Below, in pieces: positions 38,641 to 52,929 of a DNA stretch of 64,000 nt (positions are counted from its first letter, which is position 1; each line of letters starts with the position of its first letter). The notes beneath the pieces are model-generated. The model saw only the letters and a program-made list of their open reading frames with translations. It made no database searches and was not told the DNA's origin. The position numbers and the translations under genes are program-made. This DNA comes from Carcharhinus longimanus (Eukaryota), in the NCBI GenBank assembly GCA_030264375.1, contig JASCQW010000072.1, positions 84,703,884 through 84,767,883 on the forward strand, in the 5' to 3' direction.

Positions 38641-39056
38641 ATAAAATGTAAACACTTCTATTCGCTCTGTTATTTGATTTGCTGCATTTTTCCACTGTCT
38701 CTGAATTGTTACTTTAAGTGTGATTTTATTTTCTCTCAATTAACTTACTATTAGTCTATTCTCATCATTTTTAAAGAAAGCATTTAAGAGCTGATTTCAC
38801 TTTTCTTCCTCCTCCATTCTCATTTGGAAAGAATGGCAATATTTATTTTAAATTACCATGTCATCTTATCTATCCAGCCAGTTTTAAAGATAATTAAATA
38901 ACTTAAGATGAAAAGATACATATGGTCTCATTGTCATACAAACATGTCAATTTTTGAAACATTAAAACAGGATAGGTTGACAATGGACAAGCAGATAGTA
39001 TTATCCTTACCTACGAGCATTGATTTTAGCCTAAATGCTCTAAATTATAACTCTAC

Positions 39057-39182
39057 CTTTAGGGCAATAGCATCCATCAAGGCAGAGAAAATCATTATCA
39101 ATGCACTCCTGCTCCAAGCCACATGACACGGGACAACAATCCACACATTCCTGGTGGACAAATTCACCTTCACAAACTGCCG
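39057..39182 (-). CDS. OTOG: Otogelin exon, TIL-1 (AVCEGEFVHQECVDCCPVSCGLEQECIDNDFLCLDGCYCPK)
   Basis: 126 nt, CAG/GTAGAG, phase 1-1, TIL Cys pattern. Confidence 0.95.
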
Positions 39183-39849
39183 CTGTCGGAAAAGAAAGCA
39201 CCAAAATAAAAATGATCAACTGAAATAATTTGGGATTTTCATTCATCGATCATTAAATTATTTTCGTAAGAGATAGGTTTTGGAATTCTTACATTTATCA
39301 CGTGACAACTGCTCTCAGCAATTAAACACTTCCCTAGCTTTGGCTCCCAATCCCGACACTAAATATTTCTAGTCCTTGTTTCGTATCTGCTCGATGTAGA
39401 ATAAAATTCCCTCTGTGAACCATGTGCCTACTGCTCAATCTAAGTTGAGTACCTCAAATTATGTCTGCATAAATTTATACATTTTCCATATTATCCTAAT
39501 GATCTGTCTAAATAAGATCCTGTGAGATCCCACAATACTGGCAGCAACTGTCCACGCAGTCAGTTCACAAGAGCAAAGATCAGAGAGTGTTCCAGTCTGA
39601 CCCATGACAGAAATCAATGGAGACAGGACCAGTAAAATTTGGAGAACAGCCAAAAGTTGATTGATTCTGGAGGGATTTCCAGTCCAATCAAAATTTCACT
39701 CACAGTCTCAGATGTTAACTATAATTCATTAGTTACACGAGAATAATACACAAGAACCTTGTACTGATAGTGTTGCAAAAGTCTTTCCAGCAATTGTTCC
39801 ACATTAAACACAAATTTTGTTGATTTAACTTATTCCTCTTTAGAAATAT

Positions 39850-40911
39850 GGGGCCCAATTCTCCCATTGCAACCCATAATTTTTCTGGCAGGTCAGGTTG
39901 GGAGATATGCGTATCGGCCATTTCGCGGGTCCCTGTGAGTATTTACAACCCGCGCACATCTCCCTACCGGAAGAAAATGGCGCCATTGGGAATTTGAGAA
40001 GTCTGGCAGGAAGCGAGGTAAGTAATTTAAATATGTTTTAAATGTAATTTAAATGTCATTTCAACATGATTATCCATTCCGTGCCAGCCCCAGTAGCATC
40101 ACCCACCCCATCAGGAGTATTTCATTCCGGCAGGCTTAGAGTAGTTCCTCACATTTGGGGAATTAGCAGGAGACCACGCCGGAGTGAAGGGGGGGCTGCA
40201 ATCGAAGCCCCCCACGGGGTCAGGCAGCAGGGACATTGCGCCTCTGGGCATGGGCAGCCTGGCAGTGCTAGCCTGTGCCCCCTGGCACTGCTCAATGGGC
40301 AAAGTGCCCAAGCCCAGAAGGCACCTTGGCACTGCTAACCAGGTATAGGGCAGTGCCAAGGGGGCAGGACCTATTGTGGCAGGTCCCAAAGAAGATTGGT
40401 GGGGATGGGGATCAGTCTGGGCTGGAGGAAGGTCAGTGATCAAGGTAGACTGAGTGGATGGCGGAGGGGGGGNNNNNNNNNNNNNNNNNNNNNNNNNNNN
40501 NNNNNGCTGGTGGGGGGATGGGCTGGACATTGGGGCACTCTGGGGTTGGGGTGGGGGGGGGAGTGGTTTCAGGTCTGGCCTGGGAACTGTTGTGGGGCCA
40601 CAATTGGGCCATGGAGGGATGGGGAGGGGCACTGAAGGGGCAGCACTGCAGTGGTCCTGGGCTGGCCAGCGATCAAGCTGGCTAGCAAATGGGCTGACAG
40701 ATCAGAGCCACTGCATATGCACAGAGTTCCAGAACTTACAGACTCTGGCACAAATAGGTCCTGCCCCCCTTCCTGAGGTTTTAATGAGATTCACGATTGT
40801 GACCTCTGCATTGCACAGAGTGGGAAGATTCGAGTGAAAAGCTGCGCTGAAAAGAGTTGTGATTTAGAACAGTTTTCCCACCAATTCAGCACTTTTGGAA
40901 GAATCATCCCC
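39850..40911. mobile_element. Non-autonomous TIR element (Harbinger-like), about 1.06 kb
   Basis: Ends ggggcccaattctccc / ggaagaatcatcccc; G-rich core; shares ggcactgcc motifs with the element at 23877-24620. Confidence 0.55.
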
Positions 40912-42340
40912 ATGAAGTTTTATCATTTAGAAATAAGCTACATGCCTAGGATAGATGTATATATAATCAGCCTGATAGCTAGAGGAATAGGTTAGTTCTG
41001 TAAGTTTTTTTCACTGGAAGTTACTTCAGGTTTCATTTTCATAGAAATAAGATTAGTGGGGTAACTTATCTTAGGTAATGACGGCTAGTCCAAAAAGGTG
41101 TCCTTAGTGGGACAGCAACTTGCAGATAATTAGAACAAACAAAGAGTAGAAAGTTGTGCTCAGTTTTTTAATTAAATCTTGCTTAAAAAGGTTTAAGAAG
41201 ACTTGGACACTGAGGAGAGAAGCCGAAGAAGAAGAAAGAGCTGTTTACGTATGCCAACTGTCCCATCCAAATGAGACTGGTATTTGTTATGTGCCATGGT
41301 AATTTATCCAAAAAAATGAAGTATCAGGTTCTGACTGAAAACCATTGGGTGGGATTTTACAGCCTCTCCCATCCTGAAACTGGAAAATCCCACACGAGGT
41401 CAAATGGATCTTTCTCTGATCTGCCTCTTGCCTGTTTCGACTCCCGTGGTGGGCGCAACGCTAAATTTCCAGCTATTTTCTTTCTCCCCCAGAGAAACAG
41501 GCAGGACATTTCTCCAGATCTTCTGACACTTGGTCAAAACAAAAAGCAGGGGAAAGAATGTTTTGCACCATCATTTCTGAAAAGAGCGTCCCTATCTCAA
41601 ATAGAAGTTAAAGGCCCCCTTCCTTCCCCATCACTACCAGCATCAGGGCACCAGAGTCTCCTCTTCCGTCCCTGCCCTCCTCCCACCCCCACAGTGCAGG
41701 CATACCTCCTCCTCCCAGCAATGCAGGCTTTCACCCCTTCCTGTAATGCAGGTATATATTGCATCCCCCTCTCTCCTCATCCTGCAATGCAGGCCTTCCC
41801 CTCATTCCCTCCCCTGTATTACCCCTGCAATGCAGAAATCCCCTCCCTCCACCATTCCCCTCCTCTCATTCTGAGATCTCGTCAGCATAAATCCAGTTAT
41901 GACCTCTCACAAGAATTAGCAGCTATAACAGGATTTGGACACGTATCGCATGGGCCTGGAAAATCCTAGCCATTGTCCATTCGATAACCAAAGTGTCCTA
42001 TTTCATCTTAAACTTAATATTTCACCAAATTCGTTGCACTCAATTTTGATTGATTGGTTAGACGTTGCTAACACTCAACTGTCTTCAAATTTTTAAAAAA
42101 TATTACATTGCTCTGTGCTAAAGGCATTTTACTTTCTAGGTGCATTGTTTTTTAGGATGGGTACCTATCTCACACCAACAACTACATAGTCTAAAGTGGA
42201 GTCATAGATCCAATGAATGCTGTCAGTTCCAAAGTCATCCACCTCCAGTCATGATGTTGGCGATTTTCTCAGCTTTTGCCTATCTTGATATTATGACAAA
42301 CATTACTTTTAATTTCATAACTTGTGACTCAAAAATCTTT

Positions 42341-42466
42341 GGGTGGGATTTTCCAGCCATACTCAGCTCAAAACTGGAAAATCCTATTGGAGGTCAACGG
42401 ACCTTTGCATGTATGCCCTCTGCCCACTATGATTTCCATGGCAGGCAGGATGGGAAAATTTCCCCC
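42341..42466. mobile_element. MITE, same family, about 60 bp from an exon donor
   Basis: gggtgggattttcc...ggaaaatttccccc. Confidence 0.6.
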
Positions 42467-42526
42467 TTTGTGTCATAGCCAACAATCTATAGAACTGGTC
42501 GATAAGTCTGTTGCATTGCATCATAC

Positions 42527-42636
42527 CACACTGGTTGAATAACTGTCTCCATTCGTGCAGTGGTCGATTTGCTTGTGCACAAGCTCTTGCATACTCAGTC
42601 AGCACTCCACATAATGTTGTATTATCAAGCCCATAC
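42527..42636 (-). CDS. OTOG: Otogelin exon, C8-1 ([36 protein letters not shown])
   Basis: 110 nt, CAG/GTATG, phase 2-1, EYARAC..WR motif. Confidence 0.95.
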
Positions 42637-42916
42637 CTGATAGAACGAGGGAAAGTAACAGTATGGATCAGCAATTGCACAGCCAGATTAATGATGCTTT
42701 CTTCATTTAATCAAAAGTCTTGTATTTGATTCCTGAACACTTGCAATCCAGTCAATGAACCTAGCTTTTCAGAATGCTAAAAATTATACTGTTTAAAACT
42801 TGCATAATCTTTCATTGTCATAAAAAAATTTTATGGGATTATATATTGTATGAAACTACTGATAAATATAATAAATATACATTGATAAGGACTTGTAATT
42901 CTTTAAACATACTCAC

Positions 42917-43023
42917 ATGCAGAGATCATTCACACAGCTGGCCATATATGGATAAGGTTGTACATAATAATGGCAGTGGATAAAAGGATATTCGAGAAGC
43001 ACTGTGCACATGTCTCTTATTTT
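42917..43023 (-). CDS. OTOG: Otogelin exon, C8-1 (KIRDMCTVLLEYPFIHCHYYVQPYPYMASCVNDLC)
   Basis: 107 nt, CAG/GTGAGT, phase 0-2, F..CH..V.P.PY..SC..DLC. Confidence 0.95.
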
Positions 43024-43344
43024 CTGGAGATCATCATAAAAATGTTAGGAACTCTTATAAAGTCAAGGTGTAAATTAAATATACACCATATTTTACAAAC
43101 CAGAAATGGAAACTGGCATTATGTTTTCAATAATATATTAAAATTTAAATGGAGTCTGTAACTAGTCAGATTAATTACATAGAAGTTAGAAACATAATGC
43201 AAGAGTTGTAATTACATTATTGATAAACGGCTGTAAAGTATCTTTTTACTGAGCCTAATTGACACATTAAACTGATGATGACTCTGTGAAGCCCTTTCAG
43301 AAAACTTAAATGAATTTATGTAAACTAGGAAAACAATAAGTAGT

Positions 43345-43460
43345 CCATTAGTTTCTACATTACAACAGTGACTAATCTTCAATCGTACTCCATTGGCTGT
43401 AAAGCACTTTAGGACATTGTGAGGTTGTGAAAAATACGATAGAGATGTACATATTTCTAA
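43345..43460 (+). mobile_element. DeuSINE/L2-type tail fragment
   Basis: tacattacaacagtgact..cattggctgtaaagcactttaggacattgtgaggttgtgaaa; similar relic at about 600-665. Confidence 0.55.
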
Positions 43461-45895
43461 CATAACAAAGTTCATTCCACAATTGTATGGAATCTTCAAC
43501 AGCCAATAATTAAGATATTAATCAGTCTCTACATTAAATAGATATAGTGTGAATAGTAGATTCTTGACCAACTGGTCATTCTTTTTCTTCAGCATGTGAT
43601 AGAGGTGGAATTTTCTGTCTGTTCCCACCAGCGGGATCTTCCAGTTCCACTGACAGAGATCTCCCACAACCAAGTTGTGAACAACAGGAAGCCCCGCTGA
43701 CAGCAGTGAGACTAGAAGATCCTGTCACCAGCCAATGGCAGGCTGCATCTGCCACTGCAAAACATGCCATGAAGGGAGCAGAAATTGCCACACATGGTTT
43801 GACCACATGGAAAATAATTTAAATAGGGATAATTGTAACATCCTGTGATCCGAGCACAGAACCACATTTTAAAGAGAATAGGTTGGTGAAAGGAGTTCCA
43901 TGTGTAGCTATCCTCAGAGTGGGGGAAACTACAGAGGTACCACTCATGTCTGAGGGCCAAATGGTTGCAATTTACAAATATAATGGTATTTTGCTCCAAA
44001 AGATGAATAGTTTGAATTCAAAGTCTACTGTTGGTCTGACAGATTTAATAAATAATTATCTGATGCAGAATTAGCATAACTCTTGAAAGTTACGTACTCA
44101 AAGTGGAAGAATTTGCAGGTTTATGGGGAAAAAAACTACACTGTAGAAATACACTGGACAGCTCTGCCAATTGAACAGCTCTATTGAATGGCAGCACCAC
44201 TGGTGAGGCAATGACACCCACCTGAGTCCTAGAATCGTCACTAGATCCCAGGCCACAGGCGAATGATGGTAGGAAGAAGTGAGGGGTGATCAGTATCAAG
44301 GCCTTCCTGCCACAAACTAAATCAGGATAGAAGCAGGAAGTTGGTGGGTCCTCAACCACCAGCTTGATGAAATTTCCCCTGCCATCAAACTCGCCACAGA
44401 GCTAATATGAAGTTAGTCTTTCAGCTTCTCCTTCTGTTCCATGCCCAGCTACATGTGATAGCCCATTTCTTCCATTGCTTCTACTTCAAACAGATCGTAC
44501 GGTAGGTTGCTTCCACAATAAAGATCGTTTTCTATGTGGTCAAACCATTGATCTTACCAGGTTGCTGGGATGGAGGTGGAGGTGGATAAGGTGCAAAGGT
44601 GGAGCAGGTTGAAGTTGCCATTCTGCTCTCATCAGAAGCATGTACCCTATTTGACTCAAAGATTGAAATTCATTCCACCATTCAGCAGGGTTTTTTAGAG
44701 AGGTGCTTGTGCCATAAACCATTTCAGTTACCACTGAGCTAAGGCTCACTTCCAAAGCAAGTTTTAATTTAACATAAATTTGTCTATCTGAAATCATGTA
44801 TGAAAAACACAAAGGTTATCCATTTGAAATAATAAAACTTTGCTTCCATCACAAGGCCCATCGGTATACTTAGAAACTTGATTGGACAACAATCATAGCA
44901 ATGATACAGTAATAGAGAATAGAGATGTCAGACCAAGGGTCCGTTAATTAGATATGAAAAAAGGCGTATTTTGTTTATCTGTTCTGACAAAAGCCTGCAA
45001 TCTGGGATTCGGTTTTCTTCTGTGACTCCAGCAGTATTAGCTATGGAAATTTCAAGCAATTCACAGATGCCCCACTAACAAAGTTAAAATATATTCAAAT
45101 GTTCAATTTATTGAATATATCGTAAAGAAAGATATCAAATTATTGACATCCTTTTCTGTTATGCTATTCATACATTACAGCGTGATAAACCTTTTTATAT
45201 ACATAAAATTTAATTTGATCAAATCTGTCCTGCTTATGAATGTAGATTTATCTCATTGATTTATTATTTATGTATTATTTGTCACATATTTATTAGAGAA
45301 AAATATCTGTATTCTTGTTTCTTAACTCAAATTCCTGCTCTATAGCAAACCTCTCTACTGTTGGCTGTCTGTGTTAGCTCCATTGTTTTTAACCAGCCTC
45401 TTATCCAGATTTTGAGCTACGTACACCTGTCACAGTTTTCTCTTCCAATATCATTGTCAACCATTATCTTCCCATTGGTGTTCTTTGCCCCTCTGCTCCT
45501 GTTGTCTTTCTTTCTGCTCCTACTTCAGCTTCTCTGTTCTGAATGTGTTTCATATTATTCATTTCCTCCAGCTTCCCCCATAATGGATCCCATCAAATTG
45601 TTACCATGGCTTTACGTTTAGCACACAAGCGACATTACAGGAAATGTACTGCTTATAAAAATTTGTTTTCGGATTATGCAGTTACAGATTCTGGAAGATA
45701 AAATTGTTGCTATATTACTAAAATCAATTATATCTTAAAGAACACATATTGCAGCAATGCATCATATTATAGTTGTACTGATCCCAGCAAAGAATTAAAA
45801 TTTGAAGTTATTACTATCTCTGGTATTCATAAACAACATCAAAACAGTTATTGCAAATAAAACTTGGTTAAAACAAAAATTGGTTTATAACTAAC

Positions 45896-46026
45896 TTCAG
45901 TTACTCTTTTGCTTTGTCCAGAACATGGTGCTGGGTAGTTGACTGGAATAACATGACAAGGTTGCTTATCTGGCATGTCTTCTCTCCAGCTGTTACCAAA
46001 AATAGCTATTTCCTCCGTCAGCAAAC
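45896..46026 (-). CDS. OTOG: Otogelin exon, VWD1-C8 linker (GLLTEEIAIFGNSWREDMPDKQPCHVIPVNYPAPCSGQSKRVTE)
   Basis: 131 nt, AG/GTTAGT, phase 1-0, FGNSW motif. Confidence 0.93.
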
Positions 46027-46799
46027 CTTAAAAAAATTAAAAAATCATTTAACTTCATTCGATAAAAGTAAATAGTCCTTGAAGCCCACCATTTCCTCTT
46101 GAATGAAAATCAAATGGAAAAGTAACAGATCGTAACTAATGGGCACTTATTGAAAAATGAGCTAATTCCATTAGGCTTCCTGCATTCAGCAAATTGTGCA
46201 TAACAACAGCAAGATTCTATCTTCAGGAACACCAGTCGCTGAGAGCTTGCCATTGTGGAAGTCGAAAGTGCCATTGCAGGGCACTGGGCTAGTTTTCAAA
46301 AGTGTACTCTAGCACCAGTGAAAATCATGACGTGAAGAAACATTAGACATTTCGGATGGGATTTTACATCCCAAAATCATAATACCCCACCCAAAGTCAA
46401 CGGACTTTTCCATTATCCACCTCTCACCCGCTCTGATTCCTACTGATTCCTATGGCAGGTGGGCAGAAAAATTCCAGCCATACACACATTGGGCTGGAAA
46501 TTAAAGTTACAGTTGCACTGAAAATTTTAGAGATGCATACATGGTTCTAATTAAGTTTGGCTTTGATGATAAGTATGAGTGGGAGCATGAAAGTTGACTG
46601 GCATAATTGTCTGTAAGTGATGGCATTTTGTAATGAGAAAGGAAAAGACATAGTCAAGATTGGATCATGAGATGTTAAGCACTAGATGTGGTGGCCAAGG
46701 GAACCCCTGCAGATTGTCACAAATTTGTCTACAGCTGATAGTGGACTACCCTCTGCATTGCTTTCAGCTGCTCATTTTACACTGGCTGATTTTGCTACT

Positions 46800-46985
46800 C
46801 AAGAACACAACAATTAGAAGCAGGAGAAGGCCATTCAGCCCTCGAGGCTGCCCTCCCATTCGCCAAGATTCTGGCTGACCTGATTGTAGCCTCAACTCCA
46901 TTTTTCTGGCTGCCAGCCCCATACCTCCCCAACCCTCCAATAACCCTTGATTCCCTTGTCAATCAAAAATCCATCTAATTCAGCC
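46800..46985 (-). mobile_element. CR1 LINE 3' end
   Basis: agcaggagaaggccattcagccctcgaggctgccctcccattcgccaagattctggctgacctg..aataacccttgattccc. Confidence 0.75.
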
Positions 46986-47621
46986 GAGAGAAAAGGCAAG
47001 ATCATATTGGTTCTGGTGGCCCCTGTTCCAAAAGCAAACAAATAGAAATAAAGGTCCTATTTTGTTATGCCAAGCTGGAGTATTCAGATGGCCAGCCTGC
47101 TTTGAGCATTCTAATCTTTTTAAAGTAAATGCTTTCAACCTTTAAGACTCTAAGCTAAGAGCTACACTGAGCATCAAAAAGCAGGGATTCACGTCACAGT
47201 GGACTGCCAACTTGGTCTTTGCTGCCCTTGATTGCCTTCTTGGTTGCTTGGCTTAGGAACTTTGCATTCGCTTAATAAATAGATTGTTACAAAAATGAAG
47301 TTTACAAAATTGTTATGTTTGGGACTGTCTCTTTAATTTGAGGGGGGGTGTCATGCCACCTATTCTGAAGGCTGTTTGACAAAATAGAGGCTCAGCTGCT
47401 TACTGGAAAGAAGGTACAAGATGTTCATACTTGGAGACAGTAGCAGTAGCACCTATATAAACATAGTGGTTCAGACTGCTCTTCTTCAAAGTCTCAGTCA
47501 GAGAATATCAGGTTGTAAACAATCATGCTTTAAACTGTTTGTTTACTTCCAAGAAAGAATAGAATGGATATCTCAAAATAATTGCATTTCTACCCAGATA
47601 CAAGTCTCAGGTAATTCATAA

Positions 47622-47944
47622 CATTATAGATTCCCTCTGGTAAGAAGGAGGCCATTCAGCTCATTGAATCTGCACCAACCACAATCACACTCAGGCCCTG
47701 TTCCCATAAACCTACATATTTGCTCTGCTAATCCCCTGATACAATTTAGCATGACCAATCAACCTAACCTGCATATCTTTGAACTGTAGGAGGAAACTCT
47801 GGAGGTATTCCTCCAGAGTACCTGGAGGAAACCCACACAAATACAGAGAGAATGTGCATACTCCACAAAGACAGTGGCCTGAGGCCAGAATTGAACCTGA
47901 CTCCCTGGCACTGTGAGACAGCAGTGCTGATCACTGTGCAGCCC
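47622..47944 (-). mobile_element. HE1-type V-SINE
   Basis: agaaggaggccattcagctcattgaatctgcacc..gaggaaacccacacaa..gcagtgctgatcactgtg. Confidence 0.85.
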
Positions 47945-48589
47945 AATTATTTTGCCATGAAGATGGGTTTTGAGAGGGGGAAGCATCCTTGCGCCAGTGT
48001 GAGAACAAGTTACAGGCTTTCCTAAAAGATATTCCTGAAACTCACAGACAAATTAGTATATCAGGATCGAAGAGAGAGACAGCAGGTAAAGTCCAATTGC
48101 AGTACTAGTGCTTGAGTGACTAGCTGATGGCCATGTACTAGGAAATGATGAGTGCTCTTAGAAGCTTGCCAACAAGCTAGCATTTGCTGAGAGAACGGAG
48201 AAGTCAACCTCCATTTCCTTTGCTCTGTGAAGAAGGTTAGTGGAGAAAAAGTCTGAAGAGACAATTGCACGATCAGGTACTCCGCAATAAAAAGGAGAAT
48301 AAGTCAGACATAGGACTGTGATAAATTGGCTCACTGCTCCACATTTTTTTAAATAAGGATCTTTTGGTACATCCAGTAGAAATGAATTTAGCAATGAAGT
48401 TAGAAAGTAACAGAGGAGATTTGTATTACATTGTAAAACAAAAACATACTTTGCAGATTGTGGGATAGAAGGAATCATTTCCTATGTTGAGACACCTAAC
48501 ATTTGTCCAAGATAATACTGCACATCACAAAATCAAATTAACATATAAGTGCTTCCTTGATTTAACTTCCTTGATTTTCTTTTACTTAC

Positions 48590-48795
48590 CATAGCTGGTG
48601 TACAAGTCATCATGCATATTTCCATTGAAGTTGCCACATAGTCCACATATTTTTCCAACATAATCCACGTTCATTTTTATGTAGATTCCTGAGCTACCAT
48701 CCCATGCCAGCGATAATCCATGGTGATGTCTAAACAGTATGTACCCAGCTATTTGTTCAAACTTTAGATTTCCAATAATATATGGCAGATGAACA
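48590..48795 (-). CDS. OTOG: Otogelin exon, VWD1 C-terminal part (VHLPYIIGNLKFEQIAGYILFRHHHGLSLAWDGSSGIYIKMNVDYVGKICGLCGNFNGNMHDDLYTSY)
   Basis: 206 nt, CAG/GTAAG, phase 2-1, WDG and CGLCGNFNG motifs. Confidence 0.95.
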
Positions 48796-51329
48796 CTGAA
48801 GAACAGAAGCAGAATTGTTCAAATTTACATTTTTTATAAAATAGGCAGCCTAGTGTTTTATAGTTTAAAAGGAACTAATGTTATGTTGTTGTGACTGCAT
48901 TATACTAACTTAACAAGGCATATAAAACTTTGTTTACAACTCCAAATAAATCAGAGTCCTTATATGCATACTGTATAATTTTAATAATAGCCATGAATGA
49001 AAGTAAGATACAGTTAAGGACACAAGTTCACATACAAAATTTCCAATTTGATGAGACTTAGGTTTCATTATGGTCATCTGATTGAGGTGGTATATTAAGG
49101 AAAAGTAGTTTCCACAGGAATGTAAGAAAACTGCAGGCCATCTTAACCCTGGGGTTATTTTCCACACCTGTTTCAGCGTAGCATTTGCTGACAGTTTTGA
49201 ATCTTTGGAGTTGGTTTAGGGTTGATTCTTAAGCACTAGGGGGGATAAAAACATTTTATTGGGATGATAACAGCACCTTTTCAAATACATTCAAGAAGCA
49301 TCACCTACAATTAAATCAAAACAATGAAAGACAGTAAATGAATTTGGAAACAGTATTTAGTTAATTCAAATTTGGGATAGAGAATAGAAAACAAGCTGAG
49401 TCATAATGAGGTGCTGAATGCACCAATAAATTCCCAGGTCATGCCTCAATAATTTCAATGAGTAAAACAGTGAGTAACTAATTCATGAGATGGTTAACTG
49501 TGAAACAGAACATTTCTCGCAACATTTTGAAGATGTTATCAGCACCATTACATTTCTTAATTCTGCTCTATGCAAATTGATCTTATCGTAAAATCAAAAA
49601 TCTTTTCCGTATTTCCTGAGATTTCCTGCTCTGTTTCATATGTAAGAGGCATGATCAATAAGTCAAAGTTCTTTTTCATATAATTTGCTACTAGTACTTC
49701 CTCTGACATTTCTGTTTCCAGATACCTTGTCCCTCAGCAACCTTGTCGCCTAATTTACACTAACTACAACACTGAGCATTAGAATTCCAGTAACAAGCCA
49801 TGAATTTTTGGGCACAGAGGCCAGGATGTATCATTGGATAGTGGGATCCATAGTGCTGGATTTGCTTCCTTTACTTTCTTTCTCTACCATTGCTCTGCCT
49901 CTGTAAGGATTGGGATTCGAAGCTTAAGGCAGCTTGATGATCAATTTATTTTTATATATTGAGTGATTGGTACAAGTCCTTCCCAGTCATTAAGGTCAAT
50001 GCAGCAACGCTTGAAAGGGAGATTCAGAGTATCTTTGAAGCATTTTCCCCTGCAGCATTGAGAATTTACAAGTTGAGAAAACAGGACACAGTGGGGCGAT
50101 ATTTTCCGCAATGTGAATGCAGTGACTAGTCCATCAAAGTTGATTTTGCATAAGTTTTGCCTGAATGTTTGTGACAGTGGCTTCAAGAAGGGCACTAGCA
50201 TTTGTCTTCCCATTGAATCCAGAGAATGTGGCAAGGTACTGTTGATAGAATTTCCCTCCTGCTTATGTGGTAATAAAGATTAGCGAAGACTTAAAGTTTT
50301 GCATGACCAGATTCTTTGAAGCTGTCATTGATTATATATGTCACATCAATTCAAATTTCAGTAAACTGATGCAAAAACAAAGCCTTGTTAGCAAGGATTT
50401 TTTAAATTATAAAAATAGGAAAACAGCATTATCTATGATATAACTTATACAACAGTGATACGATTTTCCAATTTATAACATGCATATACTTAGCCTGTCA
50501 TAAATAATCCATGTTTATAATGATAAACACAAGTTTGTAACACAAATATTACTATGTTAAAGTAATGAATGGATGCGAAATGGCACAACACCCTACTCTT
50601 CTCTACAGGTAAGTATGTCATCTTGAGTTCCTTGCAGGAAATTGGGTAACAACATATTGATTAGCTTGCTGCCGATGAGCAAAACAACCCATGTCTTTAT
50701 GAATGAGCTTGAAGAAGAAGCTGACTTCATGCCTGGAAGTCTGTGAAAATTAGTGATGTGATTGCTCAGATTGACAACTTTACCAATTGGTCGAATATTT
50801 TCTGTGCTTCTTGGTGGGAGAAGGACTGACAGTGTTTAATCTTCGCTTCCCCCAAACTTATCATCCAGGCCACATTTCCTAAACCTCCCTTTGGCAGGTG
50901 CCCAAGATATGCTCATTGAAAAAATACAAATTATGTGACCTCCATGCTCTGGTGGGGTCCAAAATGGAAGTTCCCACCGTATGCTCTGATAAAGCAACAC
51001 GTAATTTATTTTTAGCACTGAGGAGAACATATAGAGAAATAGTCCATAATCCACCCTGTGCAGGAGGATAATTGTACAATATGCAAGTATTTTCAGAGGG
51101 AATTTTTATTTGGTGAAATAAATACAACAGTTATCTGTGGCATGTAAAGCATTTCAAATGCCAGTTGCAAGATTTAGGTTAGAGTTTTGAGGACATGGTC
51201 GTGTGAAAGCTGTGAAAGGTTATGCTTCTGCTTCCCTGCTCATTTGCTGATGCTGATGTTCAGCATGCAGCATCTGTGGTATGCATTCAATAGGCACAGG
51301 CAAACTGAGGTGTCAACTTGTGGACACCC

Positions 51330-51540
51330 TTACCTTGGCATTCTTCATCAGGCCTGAGAATTGCTTTCTCAACTGTTCCCACATGAATATGAAAGATGGC
51401 AATCACACAACCTACCACTTCTTGCCATGCTTGCTGTATACCAAGGCTCCACCCAAAATATGTCTACTGTTATCAGCTTCACATCTTTTAGCAAAACATC
51501 CAGACTGTCATCATCAGGGGGCAACAGTGCCCACATACCT
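51330..51540 (-). mobile_element. Second Harbinger Myb/SANT-like ORF1 relic
   Basis: PPDDDSLDVLLKDVK..IF..QQAWQEVVGCVIA..WEQLRKQFSGLMKNAK|gtaag (with frameshifts); same exon end as the copy at about 10275. Confidence 0.6.
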
Positions 51541-52064
51541 TCGGCAAGCTTCATAGATTCTCTTCAATGTAGCAAAATTAACCAGCTGTATTAAGCGGCA
51601 GACTTTTAAAACTTAATACTCTCATGGTTCTTTACCTCTGTTTATTCACTGAGCTTGGACTTTCAGAAAACTTATAAAGAGCACATTCAAATTATCACAC
51701 TAAGCTGAACCCAGTAAAGTCAGATATCTCAGCCACCCACAAAAAAGATCACGGGAATGTAAAAATCCAGCGTCATTTTCGCCTGTATCACAGAATCGCT
51801 TCAAACAAATAAACAGTTTTATATGCCTAATTCATGTAGAAATATGGTACAGAAAAGACTGCTTTTAAAAGCAACTTCAGGTTGTGTTGAGATAGTCTCC
51901 TTATTATGAGTTGCAGTCTGAATGATTGAGTGACTAGTGAGATTAATATTCAATTGTAATTGAAAGAAATAGTTCTAATTAAGTAAATCTTCAACACATG
52001 TCTTTTTGGCACAAGCTTAGTTCAACAGAAGGATTTGACATATATTGGAAACATCAATAATTAC

Positions 52065-52186
52065 CTTTGTCCATGGTGGATGACTTCATAGTTTTGCAGA
52101 ATAATTTCCCCTTCATACGTAAAGAATAAACTGACCGATCGCTGACAAGAATATGGAGAAGAGGGACATGCTGGGTCATTGTGTAC
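52065..52186 (-). CDS. OTOG: Otogelin exon, VWD1 (VHNDPACPSSPYSCQRSVSLFFTYEGEIILQNYEVIHHGQ)
   Basis: 122 nt, CAG/GTAAT, phase 0-2. Confidence 0.95.
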
Positions 52187-52929
52187 CTGCAGAACAGGAA
52201 ATATGATATACACAGATCAAAGACAGTGGATTTAAAAATAATGTTAATTTAACAGTACTGCAGCAAAATTACATGGATAGTGGTCACCCTTCACTATTTC
52301 TGGAAACCTAAGTGTCAATCCAACCATGAAAAAGGAAATTTCTTTTCTCCCTTACAGACTATGGATTAAATATCTCAAGTAACTGAAGTTCGAGCAGTCT
52401 CAGTCTAATAACTCCATAATAAAGATCATTCCAGAACTCAAAAATACCTTCTAAAGACCATAATCACAAAAGTGTATTAAATGTATCTGCCACACTGGTG
52501 GATAATTTTCTTTATGAGCAAGGATGTATTTGTCTAGCCCTATAAAATCCACAATTATGTAACTCACAATTTGTACTAATTATGGATAAATATCTCAGCA
52601 TTGCCTATATCTCACTGAAACTGATTTACATGATTCTACAAATTTCCCTAACTGCTAGAAATTCTGTTGGGGGTATCAAAATTAGATTGATTCCTCTAAT
52701 ATAAGACACAAATATGCCTTGTGCTATTTTCAGAAGCAAATAGTGGGAAACCAATTCCAAATGCCCCAAAGTTATGTGTCAAATCAAGGACAAAAATAAA
52801 CAATTGTTTGATATCCATTTAGTAAACTGACTCCCAGGCTGTTTGAACCAAAGTAAACAATACTTATGTGAGAAAATGTATGTTCATTTAAACTTGCTAA
52901 AACCAGTTCCTAGTTTTATAAAGCTATAA

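Noticed and set aside
41271-41969. Longest ORF in the track (232 aa, plus strand)
   Set aside because: Runs through a MITE and a C-rich low-complexity core with short atgcagg repeats; no domain
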